A stretch of 64,000 nt of DNA. Source: Dehalococcoidia bacterium. Its GTDB lineage: Bacteria > Chloroflexota > Dehalococcoidia > Lucifugimonadales > VXLM01. The notes under the pieces are model-generated. The model saw only the letters and a program-made list of their open reading frames with translations. It ran no database searches and was not told where the DNA came from. Where the stretch lies: assembly GCA_963662435.1 (NCBI GenBank), contig OY759598.1:2512507-2576506 (forward strand). The letters are read 5' to 3'. The position numbers were made by a program, and so were the translations under genes. Numbering within the stretch: position 1 is the stretch's first letter; the number at the start of each line of letters is the position of its first letter. Shown piece by piece: positions 55,687 to 64,000 of the stretch.

Positions 55687-58600
55687 GTGCCCGATTCCGC
55701 TATGTATTTTGAGCCATTTGAAAAGGCCCAAGAGCGCCTGGAGCACCTCCTTGCCGAGTACCAGGCGGATGATGGCCTCGCGCCGGTCACCGTCATAGTT
55801 CCTTCAACCTACGCCGGGTTGCATCTGCGTCGCGACATCGGGCGGCGCGGCCTCGTGAACGTGCAGTTCATGGTGCTCTCACGCCTCGCGGAGCTGCTCG
55901 GCGCTCCAGGACTGGCCGCAAAGGGCATGAGACCTCTGAAGCCCCTGATCGAGTCGGCCGCAGTCCGGAGCGTGGCACAAGGGGCATCAGGACAGCTCGA
56001 ACAGTTTCGTGATCATCCATCCTTCCATTCCAGCCTACAGTCAACATTCCGTGAACTCCGCTATGCCAATGCACCCGCCCTTGCCGCTCTCGAGGGCCGT
56101 GGCGAGATTTCAAACGAGATCGTCCAGCTGTACGGACTCTATCAAGAGCGCGTGAAAACGTACTACGACCGCGAGTCGCTCACCGACGCTGCCGCCGACG
56201 CGGTGGCGAGTGGCAACGCAACGGCGCTTGTCGACCTCGGGCCGGTCATCGCCTATCTCCTGCGGGCCCTCACGCCAGGTGAACGGCGGCTGCTCGATGC
56301 CCTCGGAGAAACGTGGACCTGCTCGAGCGTCCTGGGCGTTACCGGAGAACCGCAGACCGACGAGGACGTATTGGCGATTGCTGCGTCCTCGCACACTGGC
56401 CACTCTGAGCAGAGTACACCGACTTCGCAGTCCGAGACGAAACTGCTCATCACCGCAGATACTCGCGAGGAAGTGCGGAACGTGGTGAGGAGCATTGCTT
56501 CCGCCGCGCACGAGGGGACGCCGTTCAACCAAATGGCCGTCTTGTACTGGCAGCGAGAGCCGTACGCCTCGCTTATAGCCGAACAGTTCGCTATGGCAGA
56601 GGTGCCTGCGTCAGGACCGTCGGCGGCAAGGCTGGCTTCGACGCCGGTCGGGCGGATGGTGAAGGGTATGGTCTCGCTTGCGGGCGGCGACCTGCCCAGG
56701 GACGAGGTCACCAGGTGGCTCACATCGAGTCCGGTGAAGTCGACTTCGGCGGGCTTCAGGCCCTCACGCTGGGACGCCATCTCGCGCGATGCAGGAGTCG
56801 TCGCCGGAATTAAGCAATGGAGGGATCGCCTGGCACGCTACGCGGGCAGTCAGGAACGAGCGGCAAAGGACCAGAGCGAGGACATCGCGGATGCAGGGCG
56901 GCTGAGATTGGAACGGTCCGCGAACGAGACGTGGGCACTGCGGCGTTTCATGCTGAAGCTTCACGACGACCTCACACCCTCTGAGAATGCGCGGTCATGG
57001 GCGGACTACGTTGGATGGGTCGAGGACCTGATAGCTCGATACATGGACAGTGCCGAACTGCCGCCAAAGGAAGCGCAAAACCTGGAAGCCCTTGAGTCTG
57101 CCGTCAGAGAGTTGGCAAGCCTGGACGACGTGGATAAGAACGGGACGACTTTGGACGTTTTTCGCTCTGCGCTGGACGAGGCGCTCGGCAGGGCCGCCGC
57201 GCGAGAGGGCGCGTATGGAGCCGGCGTGTTCGTCGGTCCCGTCGGGAACGCCGTCGGACTGCGGTTCGACCGCGTATATCTCCTGGGCATGGTGGAGGAA
57301 CTCGTGCCCCCGCGATTCCGAGACGATCCCTTGCTCCCTGAACGCGAGCGTGAGCAGGTAGGACTTCCGCCGAGGCGCAGCGTTAGCGTCGAAAGGTACG
57401 AGTTCCTTGCCGCGACCTCATCCGGGCGCAAGAGGGTACTCACGTTCGCACGCGGCGACAACGCCGCTATGAGAGAACAGCACCCATCGAGTTGGTTTCT
57501 CGCTGAGGCGTCACGACTCAACGGCTCATCCGTCTATCCCTCTATGCTCTCCTCACCCGAGGAGCTCGCTACCCTGAAACGGAAACCCTGGTTCGAGGAG
57601 GTGGCGTCCTCCCAGGACAGCATCAAGGCCGTTTCAAGTTCGCAGCCTGCCGACATTCACGACTACGATCTCAATCGGCTCTGGCGTTGGCGACGTTCGG
57701 GCAAGCGCATCGGCGGTCACTTTCTCGCCGAGTCAGAGGACGTTCTGAAGAGAGCCCTGCGGATGGAGCGGGCGAGGAACTCAAGGACGTTGACGGCCTG
57801 GGACGGAGACCTCTCGGCGACGTCATTCGCCTCGGGGCGCATAGGTCTCTCCAGCAGCGATATCTTCTCCCCGACGAGGCTTGAGACGTGGGCGACGTGC
57901 CCGTACCGCTATTTCCTCTCGAACGTCCTCGGCGTCGCCGCCCTGGAGCAGCCTGAGGAAATTGCGACGATCTCTCCCCTGGAACGTGGGTCGCTGATTC
58001 ACGCCATCCTGGAACGATTTATCCAAGCGACACAGGAGCAGGGAACACTTCCCCTTCACGATGAGCCATGGACGAGCGATCACCTGAGGACACTCATAAG
58101 CATCGCCGAGGAGGAGTTTCGAAACGCCGAGCAGCGTGGCGTCACCGGCAAGCGGCTCCTGTGGGAGATAGCTCAGGCCGAGATCACGAGCGATCTCCGC
58201 ACGTTCCTGGATGCGGACCTCAAGCTTCGGCAGACGCACGGCGTCGCCCCTCATTCGGTCGAAAGTGCGTTCGGGACTTCCCGACGGCAACCGGAGGATG
58301 CCTCCGTGCAGGGGCCCGTCGAATGGGGCACACTCAGATTCCGTGGCGTGATCGACCGCATCGATGTCTCACCGTTGGGCGATACCGCCCTTGTCCTCGA
58401 CTACAAAACTGGTGGAACGGGCGAATACACAAACATGACCAAGGACCCCATAAGGCGTGGGACGCGCCTGCAGCTGCCGGTGTACGGTCTGGCGACGCGG
58501 GAGTTGCTGGGCCAGGGCATGGAAGTGCTGGTCGCCTACTGGTTCGTGTCGTCCAAGGGAGAATTCAAGACGCGCCCGCCCAAGCCTGCGCACCTCGACG

Positions 58601-58812
58601 ACATGCTCGATGCCTTCACCGAGGCCGTGCAGACCATCACCGATGGCATAGGCAAGGGCCTCTTTCCAGCCAATCCCGGCAGAAGTGGGAACAATTGCCG
58701 GTACTGCGATTTCAAGCACCTCTGTCCCACTAGGCGCTTGAGGGATTGGGAGCGAAAGCGAGGGGATGAACGGCTGGAAGACTACGTGCGGCTAGCGGAG
58801 GGTGAAAAATGA
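55687..58812 (+). CDS. AddB-like PD-(D/E)XK nuclease with Fe-S cysteines
   Basis: SPTRLE.W..CPY, ERG..IH, RG.IDRID, LDYKTG, LQL..Y, CRYCDF..LC. Confidence 0.88.
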   Translation: MPDSAMYFEPFEKAQERLEHLLAEYQADDGLAPVTVIVPSTYAGLHLRRDIGRRGLVNVQFMVLSRLAELLGAPGLAAKGMRPLKPLIESAAVRSVAQGASGQLEQFRDHPSFHSSLQSTFRELRYANAPALAALEGRGEISNEIVQLYGLYQERVKTYYDRESLTDAAADAVASGNATALVDLGPVIAYLLRALTPGERRLLDALGETWTCSSVLGVTGEPQTDEDVLAIAASSHTGHSEQSTPTSQSETKLLITADTREEVRNVVRSIASAAHEGTPFNQMAVLYWQREPYASLIAEQFAMAEVPASGPSAARLASTPVGRMVKGMVSLAGGDLPRDEVTRWLTSSPVKSTSAGFRPSRWDAISRDAGVVAGIKQWRDRLARYAGSQERAAKDQSEDIADAGRLRLERSANETWALRRFMLKLHDDLTPSENARSWADYVGWVEDLIARYMDSAELPPKEAQNLEALESAVRELASLDDVDKNGTTLDVFRSALDEALGRAAAREGAYGAGVFVGPVGNAVGLRFDRVYLLGMVEELVPPRFRDDPLLPEREREQVGLPPRRSVSVERYEFLAATSSGRKRVLTFARGDNAAMREQHPSSWFLAEASRLNGSSVYPSMLSSPEELATLKRKPWFEEVASSQDSIKAVSSSQPADIHDYDLNRLWRWRRSGKRIGGHFLAESEDVLKRALRMERARNSRTLTAWDGDLSATSFASGRIGLSSSDIFSPTRLETWATCPYRYFLSNVLGVAALEQPEEIATISPLERGSLIHAILERFIQATQEQGTLPLHDEPWTSDHLRTLISIAEEEFRNAEQRGVTGKRLLWEIAQAEITSDLRTFLDADLKLRQTHGVAPHSVESAFGTSRRQPEDASVQGPVEWGTLRFRGVIDRIDVSPLGDTALVLDYKTGGTGEYTNMTKDPIRRGTRLQLPVYGLATRELLGQGMEVLVAYWFVSSKGEFKTRPPKPAHLDDMLDAFTEAVQTITDGIGKGLFPANPGRSGNNCRYCDFKHLCPTRRLRDWERKRGDERLEDYVRLAEGEK

Positions 58813-61800
58813 CCACGCCTTCCGATCAGGCGGCACGAAATGCAATTGTGGAGCGCCTCGACGAGAACATGGTCGTCGTTGCGGGGGCGGGCACGGGCAA
58901 GACGAGGAGCCTCGTCGAACGCATCGTCGCGCTGATAACGACCGGACGCGCGAGCATGGGTAGCATCGCCGCGATCACCTTCACGGAGGCCGCGGCGGCC
59001 GAGCTCCGCTCTCGCATTGGAGAGACCCTCGAAAGGGCGTCCGAAGACAGCACCCTGGGCGATGTGCGGCGCTTGCGCTGCGAACGGGCAGTAGCGGACC
59101 TCGATCAGGCGTCGATCCAGACCCTGCACAGCTTTGCGGGCAGCCTCCTGCGCGAACGGCCCCTGGAGGCAGGCCTGCCGCCGGGATTCGGCATTCGTGA
59201 CGAGATCGAGTCGGAGGTCGCCTTCGAGAAATTCTGGTCGGACTGGCTGGACACGACTCTCGACGACCCCGAAGGGCAGGAGGCACTCCGGCCCGCCCTT
59301 GTTGAGAGGATGACCCTGCGGCAAATCCGGGAAATCGCGCTCAAGTTCCACAAGAACTACGATCTTCTGGCCGAAGCCTCATTCGACCTGCCTATCGACG
59401 AAGAGTCTGAGGGCGAGAGAGAGCAGATCCTCATTCCGGTGCTCAATCTGCTGAGGGGATTTGCCCTGGGATTTGCCGAGGAGCGGCAGGCAGCAGGAGA
59501 GGTCGAGTTCCAAGACCTTCTGGTACTTGCCCGCGACCTGCTGAGGGACAGTCTCGGCGCCCGCGACCACTTCAGGGAGCGCTACTCACACATCCTCATC
59601 GACGAGGTACAGGACACCGATCCACTGCAGGCCGAGCTTGCCATGTTCCTCTCCGAAGACGTTCCCGACGAGGGGGATCCTGCCGACCGGCCGGGAGACT
59701 GGCGCGACGTGCGTCCCCAGGAGAGAAAGTTATTCATCGTAGGAGACCCCAAGCAATCGATCTACCGCTTTCGGCGGGCGGATATCCAGCAGGTCAGGCA
59801 GCTGCAGGAGGCCGTTGGCGGGTCGAACATGGTTCTGACCCGGAACTTCCGATCACTGACTCCCGTCATCAGCTGGGTCAACCACGTCTTCGCCCAGTGG
59901 ATGGAGGAAGGCGCCGACCAACCTGAATATTCTCCCCTCGAAGCCGAGTCGAAGATAGGCAAGCCTCCCGTCGTCCGGCACATGGGAGAAGCCCTCAGCG
60001 GGAACATTGCGGAGGTGCGCCAACAGGAAGCCGAGGCCATTCGGCGCACGGTAGAGACCGTGGTCGCGGAGGGTTGGCCCGTCAGGCCTGAGGGCGGTGG
60101 ACCGGATACTCGGCCTGCCAGGTACCACGACATTTGCGTCCTTGCGCCGAACCGCCTGGGGTTCGATGAGTTGGAGTCTACGTTCGAAACGGCACGCATA
60201 CCGTACCGGCTCGAAAGCGCCTCCCTCTTATACCAAACGCAGGAGGCGCGCGACCTCCTGAACTGCATCTCGGCCATCGACGACCCTACCGATCAGGTCT
60301 CCGTCGTTGCCGCGCTTCGCTCTCCGGCATTCGCCTGCTCGGACGAGGACCTGCTTCACTTCGTCGAGGCCGGGGGACAGTTCGACTACCTCGCCGATGA
60401 AGAGCCGACGACGGGCAACGTTTCCGATGCCCTCGCCGTCTTGAAGGAATTTCACGAGCGGCGTCGATGGACCTCCCCAGCGGCGCTCATCGAGGAGTTC
60501 GTGAGAAATCGCCGCCTCATGGAGCTTGCCCTGGACAACCGCCAGTGGCGACCTCGATGGTCGCGGTACCGGTTCCTGATTGACCGCGCGAGGGCCTTCG
60601 CCGCGTCGGGTGAAACGTCCCTGCGGGCATACATCAACTGGACCGTTCGGCAGCGTGACGAGGGAGCAAGAGCGCAGGAGACGGCCGTACCGGAGTCGGA
60701 CGAGGATGCGGTGAGGGTCATGACCGTTCACGCGGCGAAGGGTCTCGAGTTTCCCATCTTGATCCTGGCAGGCCTGAATGCCGGCCAGTCTTCGAGAACG
60801 GAACCCGTGAGGTTCAACCGCGAGAGCGGGAGGGTCGAAGTGAAGGTGGGACCCAAGGACCTGGTCTTTCGTACCGGCGGCTACGATGACCTCGCCGCAT
60901 TCGACAAGGAAAGGGAAGAGGAGGAGGACGTGCGGTTGATGTATGTTGCGGCCACGCGCGCCCGCGATCACCTCATAGTCAGTCTCTACAGGAGGTCGTC
61001 GGGCCAGAATTCGTATGCGGCACGGATAGAGGAGCTCATGACGGGGGCGGACCACCTGTGGGAACCGTTCGTCCCAACGGCTCCGGAGGACGATAGCGCC
61101 CCTGGACCACAGGTTGGTTCTTCCGAACCTGACATCGACACGCCCGCGATGCGAAGGCATTGGCAAGATGCGAGGCGAGAGGCGTACGCCGCGCGGTCCC
61201 TCCCCACATCCGCTGCCGCGACCACACTCGCCAAGGAAGCGAAGGACGAGCAGGACGTACAGGACGAACCCTGGAGACGCGGACGCGCTGGGACTTCCAT
61301 TGGCCGCGCCGTTCACGCGGTGCTGCAGGTGGTCGATCTGAAGACTGGTGACGGCCTGGCCGACATTGCCTCGGCCCAGGCAGCAGCCGAAGGCCTGCCG
61401 GGACGTGCCGATGAAATCGCCCGGCTCGCGCGAAGGGCGCTCGATAGCCCGCTCGTGCATAGAGCATTGGAATCGGGACGATGGTGGAGAGAGACGCCGG
61501 TGGCCGGACCCGTCGGAGACGGGATCGTCGAGGGCTTCATCGACCTGCTCTTCGAGGAGGAGGACGGCTACGTCATCGTGGACTACAAGACCGACGCCGT
61601 ACGGACCGACGAAGATATCGATCGGGCGATGGGTCGTTACCGGCTGCAGGGCGGCGGCTACGCACTCGCATTGAGTAAGGCGACCGGCCTCAACGTGAAG
61701 GAAGTCTCGTTCCTCTTCCTGGAACCGAGGCGCGAGGTTACCGTGGAGGATCTGCCCGGCGCGATGCTGGAAGCGGAGCAGGCTGCCACGGCCTTGTTCA

Positions 61801-61823
61801 GAGGCGAGACAGTGCTGGCATAG
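58809..61823 (+). CDS. AddA-like UvrD helicase-nuclease
   Basis: AGAGTGKT, ITFT..AAAEL, IDEVQDTD, VGDPKQSIYRFR, MTVHAAKGLEF, YVAATRAR, G.IDL, VDYKTD; overlaps the upstream gene by 4 nt. Confidence 0.92.
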   Translation: MTTPSDQAARNAIVERLDENMVVVAGAGTGKTRSLVERIVALITTGRASMGSIAAITFTEAAAAELRSRIGETLERASEDSTLGDVRRLRCERAVADLDQASIQTLHSFAGSLLRERPLEAGLPPGFGIRDEIESEVAFEKFWSDWLDTTLDDPEGQEALRPALVERMTLRQIREIALKFHKNYDLLAEASFDLPIDEESEGEREQILIPVLNLLRGFALGFAEERQAAGEVEFQDLLVLARDLLRDSLGARDHFRERYSHILIDEVQDTDPLQAELAMFLSEDVPDEGDPADRPGDWRDVRPQERKLFIVGDPKQSIYRFRRADIQQVRQLQEAVGGSNMVLTRNFRSLTPVISWVNHVFAQWMEEGADQPEYSPLEAESKIGKPPVVRHMGEALSGNIAEVRQQEAEAIRRTVETVVAEGWPVRPEGGGPDTRPARYHDICVLAPNRLGFDELESTFETARIPYRLESASLLYQTQEARDLLNCISAIDDPTDQVSVVAALRSPAFACSDEDLLHFVEAGGQFDYLADEEPTTGNVSDALAVLKEFHERRRWTSPAALIEEFVRNRRLMELALDNRQWRPRWSRYRFLIDRARAFAASGETSLRAYINWTVRQRDEGARAQETAVPESDEDAVRVMTVHAAKGLEFPILILAGLNAGQSSRTEPVRFNRESGRVEVKVGPKDLVFRTGGYDDLAAFDKEREEEEDVRLMYVAATRARDHLIVSLYRRSSGQNSYAARIEELMTGADHLWEPFVPTAPEDDSAPGPQVGSSEPDIDTPAMRRHWQDARREAYAARSLPTSAAATTLAKEAKDEQDVQDEPWRRGRAGTSIGRAVHAVLQVVDLKTGDGLADIASAQAAAEGLPGRADEIARLARRALDSPLVHRALESGRWWRETPVAGPVGDGIVEGFIDLLFEEEDGYVIVDYKTDAVRTDEDIDRAMGRYRLQGGGYALALSKATGLNVKEVSFLFLEPRREVTVEDLPGAMLEAEQAATALFRGETVLA

Positions 61824-61957
61824 GGAACACGCTCAACGGTCATGGGCCGTTCTCCTTGCTTGGGGTTTTAGAGGATTTCGGCCCACGCCGGAATGACGGT
61901 TCCGTTTGATTTGGGCTATACTCGCATCGCCACTCCCACCCGCATTCGCTGATCGAC

Positions 61958-63232
61958 ATGACCCTCCTTCGCTTCGTACATGCCGCCGATCTCCACCTCG
62001 ACAGCCCCTTCAAGGGATTGAAGGCCGCTGCCCCTGAGAATGTGTCAAAGGCCCTTCGAGAAGCGACCTTCACGGCCTACGAGAACATCGTCAAGCTCTG
62101 CATGGAGGAGCGCGTGGACGCCCTGCTCGTCGCGGGAGACGTGTACGATTCGGCTGACAGAAGCCTCCGCGCTCAGCTCAAGTTCGTCGAGGGTCTGAAA
62201 CGTCTGGACGAGGAGGGCATACGTTCATTCATCTGCCACGGCAACCACGACCCGCTGGACGGTTGGGAGGCAAGACTGGACTATCCCGGAGGCTGTACCC
62301 GATTCGGCGCCGAGTTCGAGGCCGTGCCGGTGTTTCCGGACGATCCCCAACCCGCGGTCGTGCATGGCATCAGCTACCCGACCCGCGAAGTCAAAGACAA
62401 CCTGGTTCCTCGACTCGGCGCCGTCGATCCGGACGTGTTCTCAATCGGCCTTATGCACGCCAACGTCGGCAACAACCCGAATCACGACCCGTATGCCCCG
62501 TGTTCGCTGGAAGACCTGAGGTCAACGGGAATCAGCTACTGGGCCCTCGGTCACGTACATACACGTGAGGTACTCAGCGATCACTCCCCCACTGCGGTCT
62601 ATCCCGGCAACTCCCAGGGTAGACACGCGAACGAGACCGGAGCACGTGGCGTGTACGTTGTCGAGGTGGACGATAACCGAAACGTCCACCTGGACTTCAG
62701 GGCAATCGACACCGTGCGGTGGGAGCGACCCGTCGTCGACATCTCCTCGATGCAGACCGCGCAAGAGTTGCTCACCGTCCTGCACCAAGGCACAGAAGAG
62801 GCTCTAAGCAGGGCGGATGGCCGGTCGACTGTGCTTCGGATCACGTTGGAAGGTCGGGGCGCGTTGTACGACTCTCTGCGGAAACAGGATTTCGTGCAGG
62901 ACCTGCTGGACGATCTCAACGGCGAATGGTCGGGGCGATCACCATTCGCGTGGTGCGAACGCATCGAGGACGAAACGGCACCATCGTTCAACAGGCAGGA
63001 ACTTGTCCAGGGTTCCGACTTCCTGGCCGAGGTGCTCAAGACGACGGACCGTGCAAAGGACGACCCGGAACTGCAGGCCGCAATGCGAGACGGGCTCGGT
63101 GATCTCTACCGGCACCGCCGTTATCGTCGACTCCTTGACGACTACGTCCCTGGCGAGGATGAACTCACCACGTTGATAGATGAGGCCGAGGCCATTGTCG
63201 TGGACCTGCTGGCCGGAGAACGGGACGCATGA
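61958..63232 (+). CDS. Mre11/SbcD-like metallophosphoesterase (YhaO-like)
   Basis: HAADLHLD, AGDVYD, GNHD, YWALGHVH, YPGNSQGRH. Confidence 0.92.
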   Translation: MTLLRFVHAADLHLDSPFKGLKAAAPENVSKALREATFTAYENIVKLCMEERVDALLVAGDVYDSADRSLRAQLKFVEGLKRLDEEGIRSFICHGNHDPLDGWEARLDYPGGCTRFGAEFEAVPVFPDDPQPAVVHGISYPTREVKDNLVPRLGAVDPDVFSIGLMHANVGNNPNHDPYAPCSLEDLRSTGISYWALGHVHTREVLSDHSPTAVYPGNSQGRHANETGARGVYVVEVDDNRNVHLDFRAIDTVRWERPVVDISSMQTAQELLTVLHQGTEEALSRADGRSTVLRITLEGRGALYDSLRKQDFVQDLLDDLNGEWSGRSPFAWCERIEDETAPSFNRQELVQGSDFLAEVLKTTDRAKDDPELQAAMRDGLGDLYRHRRYRRLLDDYVPGEDELTTLIDEAEAIVVDLLAGERDA

Positions 63233-64000
63233 GGATTCGCGACATCCGCATTGACGGTTTCGGCCGGTTCGCCGGACAGGAATTCGGACCGTTCGAACGT
63301 CCTGTTACCATCTTCCACGGGCCCAACGAAGCTGGAAAGAGCACGCTGCTGGAGTTCGTCCGAAGGGTGCTTTTCGGGTTCCCACGCAGGAACGCCAAGA
63401 CCAACGCGTACCCCCCGATCGCCGGTGGAAACTATGGCGGCCTCGTGACGCTCGAAGGAAACGATGGCCGAATCTTCAATGTCCGCAGGACATCCGGAAG
63501 AAGCTACAGCGGGGAAGTCTCGGTAACATCGCAGTTGGGCGATCCGCTGCCGGAGTCGGAGCTCACAACGTTGCTTGGCCATCACTCTCAGGACGTTTTC
63601 GAGCAGGTATTCGCATTCACGCTCGACGAGCTCTACAGCGACGACCTGTTGAGCGATGCAAACGTCAACAGCCAGATATACAGTGCCGGTATGGGAGTAA
63701 CGTCGCTGCGGGACGTGATGGCTTCTCTAGACCGGTCGAGGAACTCCATCTTCCTCAGTGGAGGGAGCAAGCAGGAGATCTATAGCGCCGCGAGCCGATT
63801 GGACGATATCGATTCCACGCTTGGTGAGGTCGCCGACAACGCAGTTAGGTATGGAGAACTGACCGAACGCTTGCAGCAGGTCGAATCCGAGCTTAAGTCC
63901 CTTGCCGCACGACGGCGAACGCTTCAGAACCTGCTTGGCAGGCAGACAAGACTGCAAAACGCCTGGGACTCCTGGAACGACTTGGTTTCTGCCGAGCAAG
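63229..64000 (+). CDS. Rad50/SMC-like ATPase (YhaN-like), truncated by the window end
   Basis: MRIRDIRIDGFGRF...IFHGPNEAGKSTLLEFVRRVLFGFP; ATGA overlap with the upstream gene; frame open to the end. Confidence 0.9.
   Translation, partial: MRIRDIRIDGFGRFAGQEFGPFERPVTIFHGPNEAGKSTLLEFVRRVLFGFPRRNAKTNAYPPIAGGNYGGLVTLEGNDGRIFNVRRTSGRSYSGEVSVTSQLGDPLPESELTTLLGHHSQDVFEQVFAFTLDELYSDDLLSDANVNSQIYSAGMGVTSLRDVMASLDRSRNSIFLSGGSKQEIYSAASRLDDIDSTLGEVADNAVRYGELTERLQQVESELKSLAARRRTLQNLLGRQTRLQNAWDSWNDLVSAEQ

Overview
GC-rich bacterial chromosome segment. Gene content (signal-less DUF1800/DUF1501/NHL cluster, RdhA-like protein, kinase-AAA protein, secG-yvcK-gatB and tig-clpP-clpP-clpX blocks) suggests Chloroflexota, Dehalococcoidia/SAR202-like; this is an inference. 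Housekeeping genes (gatB, secG, aroQ, efp, xseAB, clpPX, tig, galU, purA, argS, recO, recR, ybaB, dnaX, ybeY, AddAB-like, YhaO/YhaN-like) are interleaved with accessory DNA. The accessory DNA includes a complete IS4-family element inserted in a REP-like palindrome and a DUF1800-DUF1501-3xNHL operon with an operator-like palindrome over its promoter. It also includes a three-cohesin secreted protein, a PLD nuclease fused to a DpnI-type winged helix next to a DpnD-like gene, several decayed toxin-antitoxin genes, and several dispersed REP/MITE-like repeat families. A Pro-rich 58-codon uORF missed by the ORF track lies directly upstream of a CorC/HlyC-family gene. No rRNA, tRNA or CRISPR array was found. 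All product calls come from motif recognition only; no database search was run.
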